Shown here: piece after piece, positions 1-10,881 of the stretch
Layout of the letters: each line of letters opens with the position of its first letter
How positions within the stretch are numbered: position 1 is the first letter of the stretch
NCBI GenBank assembly: GCA_009103225.1
Contig: RHPI01002656.1
Coordinates: forward strand, 124,001 to 188,000
DNA from: Chlorokybus atmophyticus
Taxonomy: Eukaryota > Plantae > Mesostigma and Chlorokybus algae
DNA length: 64,000 nt
Reading direction: 5' to 3'
The notes under the pieces: model-generated
What the model saw: only the letters and a program-made list of their open reading frames with translations
Databases searched by the model: none
What the model was told of the DNA's origin: nothing
Position numbers and translations under genes: made by a program

Positions 1-1
1 C

Positions 2-509
2 TACGAGCTGCCCAAAGCGGGTCCAGCTGGTGACGAGTATGTCAAGTACCTGTCAAATCTTGCCGAGAACAACCCTCCTGCGTTCATCTGTCATTTCTAC
101 AATGTCTACTTCGCGCATTCTGCTGGCGGGCGCATGATCGGCGCCAAGGTGCACATGCTGGAATTGCTGTGTATGGCTGCTAGTCTGAGCTGTGTGTTAG
201 ACACTGATCAATGTGTGCACAGGTGTCGGAAATGCTCTTCAAGGGAAGAGAGTTTAACTTCTACAAGTGGGAAGGTGACCTGAAGGAGTTGCTGAATTCT
301 GTGAGGGACAACATTAATGAAGTTGCCGAGGTACGCGCATAGTTGACATCTTCACTGATTGTTCTGTTTCCTTCTACCGCTGTGTTTTTACCGGGCTGTT
401 GTGGCAGGGCTGGTCTCGTGAAGAGAAGGACGTCTGCTTGCAAGAAACAGAGAAGTCGTTTTCGTACTCTGGAGGCATTTTGAGACAGATCCTCGGCGGA
501 GCCCACTAG
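2..509 (+). CDS. HO1: Heme oxygenase (plant HO1/HY1 type), 3' part; exons 2-148, 223-330, 408-509
   Basis: Spliced translation [17 protein letters not shown]...[30 protein letters not shown]...FYKWEG...[32 protein letters not shown]. This carries the HO signature HFYNxYFAHxAGGRMIG. GT-AG junctions keep frame. 5' end is outside the window. Confidence 0.95.
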
Positions 510-652
510 TTCCTATTGTTTTGAATTTTTCATTTCAGCAGGTAGTTCCTCATTGCCTTGGTCCGCATGTGTACAGATGATTGGCTAAGGCCACCAGTTA
601 CAGTACAGTAGAGCAAGCCATAAAGCAACGGCAGCAGATATAGAATTTTGCT

Positions 653-930
653 GACTAGTGTGCCAAAGACATACTCGTTGCCTGCAGTGCCAAGTATGCT
701 TCATGCGGGTGTGATAATTGATAGACAGTAACTGGCAACAAGCTTTACTAGCACATTGCTGGTTTTGACTAGTGTGCCAAAGACATCCTCGTCACCTGCC
801 ATTCGCCTAGTATGCTCGCGGGTGTGATAATTGATAGACAGTAACTGGCAACAAGCTTTACTAGCACATTGCTGGTTTTGACTAGTGTGCCAAAGACATC
901 CTCGTCACCTGCCATTCGCCTAGTATGCTC
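653..930. repeat. Tandem repeat, ~113-114 bp unit, ~2.5 copies
   Basis: GACTAGTGTGCCAAAGACAT starts at 653, 767 and 880. Copies 2 and 3 are identical over their shared ~50 bp. Confidence 0.9.
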
Positions 931-1051
931 TGTACGGGTGTGACACAACAGTTAGTAATTGACCTTAACTTGCAACACGCCTTAATAGTCTAGTGCTGGT
1001 TTTCAACGAGCTTTACTAGCACAACAGCCCCTGTGGGCAGGTGGTTACTGC

Positions 1052-1223
1052 TGCGTATGCATGCCTGACGGGGTGTCAACAGTAGTATTGTTAGCAGTTG
1101 GTTGTGTATCATTGAGCAGGTAGGTATGGTGCAGGTGATTATTATTGCGTATGCATACCTGACGGGGTGTCAACAGTAGTATTGTTAGCAGTTGATTGTG
1201 TATTGTTGAGCAGGTATGGTGCA
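1052..1223. repeat. Tandem duplication, ~94 bp unit, ~2 copies
   Basis: TGCGTATGCAT(G/A)CCTGACGGGGTGTCAACAGTAGTATTGTTAGCAGTTG starts at 1052 and 1146. Confidence 0.85.
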
Positions 1224-1564
1224 GCACTGATAGCGGACGCTTGCATGTCAATGATGATACGGGACTCATCGTATGTCTGCGATTACAAGAAAGCGCCAGT
1301 ACCTCGGTAGCAAGTTAGGTGACATAACTGGCTGGATTTTGTCGCTGCTGGCTGTTGTCATATTGTCATGATGGTTGTTGCACATACTATGCATCATCAT
1401 TGCAAATGCACTGCACATTGTGTGTTCTCTCTCTCTCGCCTGGCATTGGCCGGAAAATAAATTGCCAAGCTGTAATATCACATACGTGCGCATGTCTATG
1501 GTATTGGCTGTGGTTGTGGTAGAGCATAGTGCCTCAACATGCACGAGTCCAATTCCCCTCAAGG

Positions 1565-2075
1565 NNNNNNNNNNNNNNNNNNNNNNNNNNNNNNNNNNNN
1601 NNNNNNNNNNNNNNNNNNNNNNNNNNNNNNNNNNNNNNNNNNNNNNNNNNNNNNNNNNNNNNNNNNNNNNNNNNNNNNNNNNNNNNNNNNNNNNNNNNNN
1701 NNNNNNNNNNNNNNNNNNNNNNNNNNNNNNNNNNNNNNNNNNNNNNNNNNNNNNNNNNNNNNNNNNNNNNNNNNNNNNNNNNNNNNNNNNNNNNNNNNNN
1801 NNNNNNNNNNNNNNNNNNNNNNNNNNNNNNNNNNNNNNNNNNNNNNNNNNNNNNNNNNNNNNNNNNNNNNNNNNNNNNNNNNNNNNNNNNNNNNNNNNNN
1901 NNNNNNNNNNNNNNNNNNNNNNNNNNNNNNNNNNNNNNNNNNNNNNNNNNNNNNNNNNNNNNNNNNNNNNNNNNNNNNNNNNNNNNNNNNNNNNNNNNNN
2001 NNNNNNNNNNNNNNNNNNNNNNNNNNNNNNNNNNNNNNNNNNNNNNNNNNNNNNNNNNNNNNNNNNNNNNNNNNN
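1565..2075. other. Assembly gap (N run)
   Basis: Run of N, followed by G-rich GGGGGACGGGGGGGG. Confidence 1.
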
Positions 2076-2242
2076 GGGGGACGGGGGGGGGCATGGATAG
2101 CATAGCACAACATGTCACGGGCTTGGGCCAGCCCGACAGCTTGTTCATAACATAGCATTGTGCACACTACATGCTGATATGGTGCATGCAGATTGAAGAG
2201 CCGCTGCTCAATGTGCCCTGTGGCTGTACCTGCAACCTACGC

Positions 2243-3847
2243 CTAGCTGGGGCTTGCAGTCATTCTAGCCAAACCTGTGCAGCAGGATGTAACTCTGCCA
2301 GCACCTCTCAACAACGAATGATAGTACGCTGCAACCGAGCCTGCATCATCTGCAAGTGCGTCCTCCGCAATGCCATCGTGCCCATGAGTAGCACCGGAGC
2401 TGTGCCTGTAAGTCAATCCGGCACTGACAGTGCGCGCTGTGCAGATGCCCACATGAGTGGCTTTGTCAGGTGTCCCAAAGAATACCTGCAAAGGACAATG
2501 TTGTGCTCATTGGACTACACCAACCATCGTCACACTGTGAAACTATAGACAGTAAGAATGGTATGATATTACCCGCCTTTAGATAAAGAGTGCAACTACT
2601 AGGACTCATGTCGTGTGAGGCTGCTCACCAGATCTCCTGGACGAATGTGCGCAAGGTCTACTGGCGTTGTGAACGCCTCCTGCAGAGCAAGCAGTGTCAT
2701 AAAATGACTGCAACAATAATAAGAATTTATTGTTAGATATATTGGTGCACCACCTGCTGGTAGGCGTCCCTTGGAATCCAGATGCCAGCGGACTCAAATG
2801 CACGCTGCACTGCGATGGTCGCACAAGTCAATCATGACTCAGTAAGCAGGTTCTGTGAAGTCCACTAGCTCCCTGGCAAAGGACAGTCAGCACCATTGTT
2901 GATGTACGGCGCTAACGCTATACACATGCACACGCTCAACACACTACCAACAGAGATAGAAACATCAGGTCACGATGCAAAGATGACTCACTCAAGCCGC
3001 TGCAGTCATAGTTGGGTCCAACAACACCGCCCCATAAGTACTCGTTTGGGACACGCTGCGCGCGCTCCGTGAATGCCAGAACCTGTCTTTATCAAACCAG
3101 TTAGAAAATGCCGATGCATTATGCCTGCAGAGTATACCGTGCGCGCATATGCAAGCTCACCAACATTTTGTTCTACCAACAAGCAAGAGAACAAAGACAA
3201 GTACCTTTGGAATGCGTGCTTCAATGGCGGCTTCATCCAACGCGGCTGGCACGTATCGACCTTCAGCAAGGGCGAGCTTTGCACAGTCATCGGCTTTGAT
3301 CCAGCCCGGGTATGCATCTTCGCACAAGACTACGCGACCGGCCCCTTGTGTTATGCTGCAAATTCAAACAACGCACTCTTCAACAGTTGTCTTTATTGCA
3401 CATCATGCAAAGCAATACATATACAGACAGGAAAACTGCAACATTACGATTGCTAGCGTGCAACCGCATGCCTGAACAAGCTGCTGAGCATCACCTGCAA
3501 GACAGTTGGACACGAGTGTATGTGCACATGGATGTGCAAACAGTAAACGCGCATGCATACACGAAGGTTGTGCTTGCCTCAATGCCTGCCTTGATGGGAC
3601 CATCACACATTCAATGTCAATGCAAATTACAGAACCGCGTACTCCACATTCAGCTGATACTCAAACCTACACATACTTAACTCAACCTGCCGCCGTGTGT
3701 ATCATCACCAACCAGCAGGCCCACTCTCGCCTGCAGCCTCCTGCCCTCCCAGGCCTCCGTGGCAAGCGTCTCGCAGGCGGGAGAGTCCCACACCGGCAGC
3801 GACTCCGACGACACCACCACGTACTCCGCCGCCTCCGCCGCCGCCAT
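2243..3847 (-). CDS. NlpC/P60 (C40) cysteine endopeptidase with N-terminal SH3b-like domain, cyanobacterial gamma-D-glutamyl-L-diamino acid endopeptidase type; exons 3847-3687, 3355-3205, 3082-2992, 2809-2754, 2679-2629, 2485-2243 (250 aa)
   Basis: Six phase-compatible GT-AG exons give ...VWDSPACETLATEAWEGRRL...VLCEDAYPGW...VLAFTERAQRVPNEYLWGGVVGPNYDCSGLMQRAFESAGIWIPRDAYQQEAF...PGDLVFFGTPDKATHVG...YRHSSG...GHDGIAED...YYHSLLRGAGRV. Putative Cys (DCSG), His (THVG) and His (RHSSG) triad is intact. Confidence 0.93.
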
Positions 3848-4057
3848 GTGGGCGGAGTTTGTGTGACGCCACCGTAAACCCCGCCAACGTATTCAAAGCA
3901 TTCAAAAAGAGTAAACTCTGCGCAAACAAGGCGAAGGCGGCGGCAAGGTTCGTCTTGGGGTAAGCGACGGCCGGGGCGAGCGGGGAAAGATCCAAAGCAG
4001 AGGCATTGCCTGGCTGCGCAAGCGTGTGCGAGCGCTTGTCTTGGGCTGAACTGCTGG

Positions 4058-7000
4058 ATGAGTGCAGCTCTGGGCTTAGGTAGGTGGTAAGGTCAGAAGC
4101 AGCAGTTAGACCCAGCTGCTTGATTGTTGACTTGGCTAAGAGCGATGCTGCACGTGCTTGTTACCTTGTTGCCTTGACTGCGTGTCAAACTCGTTCAGGT
4201 GACTGGAAACTATGTGTCAACTGCTGCAGCTGTAATGTGTGAACAGAGCAGTAGCAGTATTGGCACGATAGGGCTTGAGGGCGTGCGTTTAACTTTTGAC
4301 ATGGCTCTACTGCAGGCTGGTTTCGTTCTTCCAGTAGCTGAAACTGTCTCTTTCTTTACATAGCGTAAGTGGCCGGGGAGTCAAGCCTCAGGGTGCCTGA
4401 ACATTCATAGCGTGCTGTCATGTACAGCTATATTGTTGCACTGCTTGTCTTGCGCAGCGCTTTGTGTTTATGTGACCTTGTGCAACATGCAGACAAGCGG
4501 TGCAACAAAGTAGCTGTTGCGGGATGGCGAAGACTGCAACAGAAAGCAGAAAACGGGTAAGACAGCCTTGGGTGACTGGACACTAGTTTTGTAAGCAACA
4601 GTGTGTTACAGCCACGGCGTGTACACTTATATTCTCGAATCTACACCAGTTGTGAACGCTGGACCCATGTACATGCAGTGTGATGCTGCCTATGGCTATG
4701 CATGTCGCTTATTTGCTTAGTTCATGCAGGATCTGCTTGCATTCTGGGCTGCTGCTGCTCCGGACAACCTCGCAGCATCACGCGAGCATGTAGTTAACGG
4801 ACGCTCCTCAAGCCAAGAAGAGGAGCAAGGCATGCCTTCCCAACCACGCACAACCGCACAGGCACAGGTAGGAGTTGATGCGCACATGGGACAGCCCCAG
4901 ACCAGAATGTTGTTGATGATGTGTCTTGACTAAGCCAACGTGTAGGACTCCAGACCCTTCCAGGCGAAGCACGTTTCATCACGAGGCAGCCTCGCGGATG
5001 ACCACCAGCTGCCTCCAGTGAGACTGGGCGGTGGGATTTTGGACAAGTTGCGTGCTGCGGAGTCCACCAGGGCAGAAGCTCAAAACAAGAACAAACCACT
5101 AGGTTTTTCTGATGCAGGTCAGTGGTTGCATAACACAGTCTCATGCCTGTTGCTGCAAGTCCTAAATAGGTGTGCGTTGCATGTAGATGAAGAGGAGCAG
5201 CATACACGAAGGAAGGCGTACGTCATGCCGCGCAGCAATGAGCCAGACCGGCGCAAGGTGCATGCACTAGATCTATCTACATGCAGCAAGCAAACACAAA
5301 CATTGACCACCGCTTATGCATTTGCCTCTTTGAACTTCGTGCACAGGAAATTGTTGGTAATCAGCAGACTGGATTGCGACAGCATCCATTTACAGCGCCA
5401 GCGCGTGGCACTCGCGAGGAGAAACCGCAGGACGTGCAGTTCTACACTGCTCGCCAGCAATTAGTACGCACTGCTCCAAGTCCTTTCAAGAACCTTACCA
5501 AAAGTGTTGCTTATGACTGTTGTGTTTGTTCGGCCGTGGCTATGGCAAAGTTGAACATGCTGTACATGTGTTTAACTTTAAGTCATGTTCTTCTGGTAAG
5601 CTGACTTCAGCTGGCCTCAGGCTCTGGAAAGAAAGCGCAAGCTACCAGATATTGATGAGAGTGATGAGCCAGAGCCAGCAACATCCTCCCGGGAACACGT
5701 GAAGCCTGCAGCCGCACCTTTCAGAGCACCCATAAGACAAGAAGGTAGCGCTCAACTCCGATGCTCGTGCGCACCTAGTTGTGGACAGCTCACCATCAGG
5801 AAGTCATACATTTAACAGCCAAGTGGTGATCTCTGTTAGCATTCACCTGTGTGCTGTGTGTTGGTAGCGCGCAATGGCGGTGGACAAGTCAGGGGAGGCT
5901 GCGTTGACGAGGATGGGAAGCCACTTCCTGAAAGGTGAGCACAACTCAACTCAATAACATCAAGCTGCAGAGGTGTTGCGGCGCTGATAGCAGTGTGCTG
6001 ATGCTCAGGTTGCAGCCGCTCCTCCTTCCCAATGGGGAGTTGCCTGATAAACTCAAACACATTGAGACACGCCTTCTGGAAATGGTTATGTCTGAAGTCT
6101 TGACCCAAGGGGAGACCATCACCTGGGACAGCATATGTAAGTTGCGTGGATGGGTGCCACACTGCTGCATCTCGGGGCTGCGTTCTGATGGCCGATTATG
6201 ATTCAGCTGGACTGAAGTACGCGAAGAGCACAGTCCAGCAGGCAATCATCTGGCCGCTGCTCAACCCCAGCATCTTCAAAGGTCCAAGAGCGCCACCAAA
6301 GGGCCTCCTGTTATTCGGGCCACCAGTGAGTCCCATTCACACTTGTCATCTTTTGACATATGCAGTACTTCATTGCAGTACTTCATTACGCACATCCTAT
6401 AATACAACTGGTACGGTCATATCTTGTTTGTAACTGTGCACAATTTGCGCTTGTCACAGGGCACAGGCAAGACTATGATAGGACGTGCTATTGCCAGTCA
6501 AGCAAATGCGACCTTCTTCAACATCTCAGCAAGCTCCTTGACAAGCAAATGGGTGCGTGCAGCTGTGTGTAATGTTACCAGCTAAGCATGTGTTTCACCA
6601 TCCAGTGCTTGCCGGCAGATTGGTGATGGCGAGAAGATGGTGCGAGCTCTCTTCGCACTTGCAAGCTGCATGCAACCAGCTGTCATATTTGTTGACGAGA
6701 TCGACTCCCTCCTTTCACAGGTACTGCAATGTGCATCTAAAACCACCATAGCATATAAAGGGTATGGTACTGTGCCAGAATGCATGGTGTGCGGACAATG
6801 TTAACGACATGCATCACAACATGCCTTCACAACTCATCACATAACAGTCCACCATGTGTGCGCATGATGTAGAGATGTACTGACACGAAGGCAAAGTCAC
6901 CCATGTGCATGTTGGCACTCATGATGTGCAATGCGCAGCGCAAGTCCGAGGGCGAGCATGAGTCAAGCAGACGCCTTAAGACCGAATTCCTAGTGCAGAT

Positions 7001-8079
7001 GGATGGGTGTGGCTCTGGTGCAGAAGAGCGCGTTGTGCTGGTCGGTATGTGCGTTTGGAGTTTAGCAAAGAACATGCGCCCACCACCAGTTGTTGTCCTT
7101 GACTAACATACCGTGATGCAAAGCAGTGTTTGGTAAGTGCAATAATCATCCCAAATGCCCTCAGGTGCCACCAACCGCCCTCAAGAGCTGGATGAAGCAG
7201 CACGCCGAAGGTTGCAGAAACGACTCTACATCCCGCTGCCTGGCAAAGGTGTGCAGTGCTTGGATTGTGTACGGTCAGAGGTGCATGCGTGTGATCCATG
7301 TGCGTGTCACAAAATGAACACCGCGGTGTCAATCAACACTTGCACATGCATGCAGATCACTCTTGTGTAGCTGATGTTTATATCAGATTAGGCCTAATCC
7401 TGTACAAATTGTAATCGTTGTTGTCGTACAGAGTGCAGTGACTGCATATTCTGACATGTGACATGCCTTCGCTGGTTGTGTTTGTCAATTGATGCAATAA
7501 CCATTTGTGCTATATACAGATGCCCGCAAGGACATTGTACAGCGTCAGCTTGTAGCGGACATTGAGCACACCCTTTCACCCGAAGACCTGATTGCAATTG
7601 CAGAAGCAACAAAAGGTCAAACAAGTCTGCATGTTTGCACGCGTTGCTACAGTGCTGCGCTCAATGCAGGCTGACCAAGACTGCACTGGTGCTTGCTGCA
7701 GGCTTCTCAGGAGCAGATATCCACCAGTTGATACGGGAGGCATGCATGTACCCTGTGCTGGAGCAAGACTGCATTGAGAACCTTACCAGCGCCGATCTCC
7801 GGCCCACAAGCTTGAAGGTGAGCCTTGCATCACAACGTTCAAAGCTGAAAGTTGACAAGAATGTCTCGTGGTAGATGGATCCGCAACCGCAGTATAATGT
7901 TCGTTGCATGTGCGGGTGGCAGTATGGTTGTTGCGTGGTTTTCATGTCTCACTTGGTGCTGACAGGATTTTCAAGACGCATTGTTTGCAATCAAGCCATC
8001 GGTTGCAGCAAGCGAACTCACTGCGTACGAGCAATGGAATGAACAGTTTGGTTCTGTGGGTATTGTTCGGGAAGATTAA
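4058..8079 (+). CDS. FIGL1: Fidgetin-like 1 AAA+ ATPase (multi-exon; start codon uncertain)
   Basis: Exons encode [13 protein letters not shown]...[51 protein letters not shown] (Walker A), [13 protein letters not shown] (Walker B), [55 protein letters not shown] and a Vps4_C-like end [10 protein letters not shown]...ED* (TAA 8077-8079). Confidence 0.9.
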
Positions 8080-9357
8080 CGCTTGCGTTGTAAGCTTAGC
8101 AGCGATAAGTAGCTAACGGTTGGATGATACCTGTGCAGCATTTGCACACAATTTCTGGCACTGTCCTCAAGGTGCGTTTCTGTTGGGTTCGAATGGAACG
8201 TCACAACATGCAGGTCGCATAGATATACGCTCATCTTCATGCACATACCTGTTGGTAGTAGGTCAAAAGCATATATGGGCAAGAGCTTGGGTGCGCAGTG
8301 CCACAGTAGGGACAGGCTTTTTCAGTACAGTGAGTAATGCGTACTGAGCAGTAGTGTACAGAAAATGCACGTGATGTATGTGTGTTCGTGCAACCACGAG
8401 TGGAAGCACACAATACAGGCTCTTCTGCATGTGCCACCGGACCAGGAGTTGCAGTATACGTTGGAATGCGTTGTTCGCCCACATGTGGGTGCACATGATG
8501 GCATCTTGGTATTCCTTCTTCATCTTGTACATCACATGGCACCACTGTCGGTCTTTGGTGCATGTTGATACGTGCGTTTTGTCAAGCGTTGACTGCAATG
8601 TGCGAGCGGGTCATGCTACTTCAGCAGGCATACACTTACGTGCACTACGTTGTATATGCAGCAAAGAGACATGTTTGAAAAGGTTCATTGTTATCGAGCC
8701 TGAAGTACCGAAAATGCTCAATTCGATGCAGTTTATGAACCATGCTGCATGCGTGGTGACTGCTCACTCACGAGTACAGCTGCGATTGGTACTTGTGTGC
8801 CTTGCAAAGACCGGAGGTCCTGTCTTTGCTAAAATGTACACTTGTCTTAAACCAAGCAACACAACCCCGTTTATCAACTGCACGCCCCTGTCCAGCAAGC
8901 AGTACTTGTAGAGATTGCATGAGCGTCATGCGGCAAGTACGATTGCTGATGCGGATATATACAAATGGCAAAGTCAGCCAACAACACCATGCAGGGGAGG
9001 GCAAGCACTATGACACAACCAGTGCACAGACTGCATTATGCGGATAGCTTGATGCAGGCAGCGTTGCCTTGGGTAAGCCTATTACTCTGCTGGTAGCGCT
9101 TGCGTGAGCAACACGGCTGCCAACGGGTGACTGAGTTTCCCTGGCTGCGGGTTGTGGTTTTCGGGAAACCGTTTCCCGCGCATCAATTTCGGCTGCAAAT
9201 GGGAGGATTGCCACTAGCTGCATCTGTGACCGTGAGAGCTTGACGCGACGCTTATCGTACGATTGCACGAAGAGACAAGCGGCTTGGCAGCATGCGACAG
9301 AAGGTGATGTGACACAAAGTTGGACAGCCGAGTAGCTTGTCCTTTGGGACACCTGAA

Positions 9358-9388
<31 letters not shown>

Positions 9389-9433
9389 GGCCCCTGCGCA
9401 AGGATGACACGCACAAATCGAGAAATGGTCCAA
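8076..9433 (-). CDS. Possible unidentified spliced gene convergent with FIGL1
   Basis: Several open exon-like segments (e.g. [34 protein letters not shown]; [22 protein letters not shown]) near splice-like sites. No family recognised and no complete model built. Confidence 0.2.
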
Positions 9434-10881
9434 ATGTTTTTCTCATTGCTTGAGGGGACTGGTACTGATAATGACCTGCGTACTGGTCAGCATTTTGTTT
9501 GGTGTGTGATTTTTCAGGATGTGATAGATTGACTCAAACGGTGCAGGCAGTCTTGCGTTGAAGTTAATGTGTCTGACGTAACTATTTATATATTTGTTTA
9601 AAACGCGCTTAATTGACTGTAACATCTGAGTACAGCAATAAAAGCGACTTTGTAAAGTCAACAAAATCATTTCAAAGTCGGTCTATTGATTTTTTACCAT
9701 ACACAAAAAGTGGCACCGCCGTTATGTCGCAGTGCATCAATTGCAGTGGCACATAAACAAGGCGATCGCATCGTCAAAAATGCAGTTGCCGATGGCGCCA
9801 TCAAAAACCCAAAGAATTTTTGATCGCCGGCAGCAACGGCGAACGACGATGGTGCAAGCAAGTGTTGCGCGCGTTTCGACAAACCGCGACAGTTTGCCAT
9901 AGACACGCGGTTCCATGGCAAACTGTCGCGGTTCTACAAAAGGCGTTTCTAGTGGTACGAGGTTGGTCGGCACCCCATACCCGCAACGAATCTTTTCAAC
10001 CATCATCACTAACAGCAATCGCACTCTTTGCGTAAAAATGAGATCTCATGATGCCTTAACCGTTGGGCTCTACAGCAGCCGAACAAGCTGCAAGGGTAGT
10101 ACAAGCTTATTGTAAAACTAGTATTTGTCTTTGTATACATAAGTCATTGCTCGATGTCAATATGTTCGATCATTCTATATCGAATGCATGTCAAAAGACC
10201 ATATATTATCATAGTACAATGACATGACTCGTGCAATCTCCCTTTTAACAGAATAGCCCATTCATTACCACAAGAGTTCAACTTGCAAAAATTATCATGT
10301 TGCCATTATTGAAGTAATAAGCGTTTTTTAAATAAGACATTGCGTCGGACTACAATGAGCGACTTTGTGTCGTATGCAATATTGTTTGTTGTTTAACATA
10401 TTAGCTCATTAACTAATGGAGATGCGTTACGGCAATGCAACTGGTTGAAGTTGATATTACTTGTCACCATTATTGTACAAGCATTATTATAATGCTTGTA
10501 CACGTGTATGCGCGGTACTAATAATCAACATTGCTGCGCGCATATGTGCCACATTTGCTTACGACCGTGACTACGATGTAGCTTGACGACATTGGTGAAC
10601 GCAGAATGCAAAATATTGCACTATAAATGAGTTGAAAGTATCCTTTCAACTCATATGTGGAGCAAACTACGGCACCGATGTCGTTTGCATTATAAATTCA
10701 TAAGGCAATCACTTGTATATTTTTTGCAATTTCTTAATACATATGTCACTTTGTGAGTGACATTACATGCAACGGGAACACTTCGTTGTCGCACCATTCA
10801 CTTTGCTAAATGGTGATAGTCAGTAGTATGACCGACCCGTTGCATTGAACTTCTTTGGTTAAACCCACACATTATTAACAT

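Noticed and set aside
653-930. Repeat array as CRISPR
   Set aside because: Units are ~113 bp with no unique spacers, there are no cas genes, and the context is eukaryotic.
1266-2167. Long ORFs in all frames across the N gaps (also 11236-12513)
   Set aside because: Artefacts of N runs that contain no stop codons.
2243-3847. NlpC/P60 as bacterial contamination
   Set aside because: It has five phase-compatible GT-AG introns and sits among eukaryotic genes.
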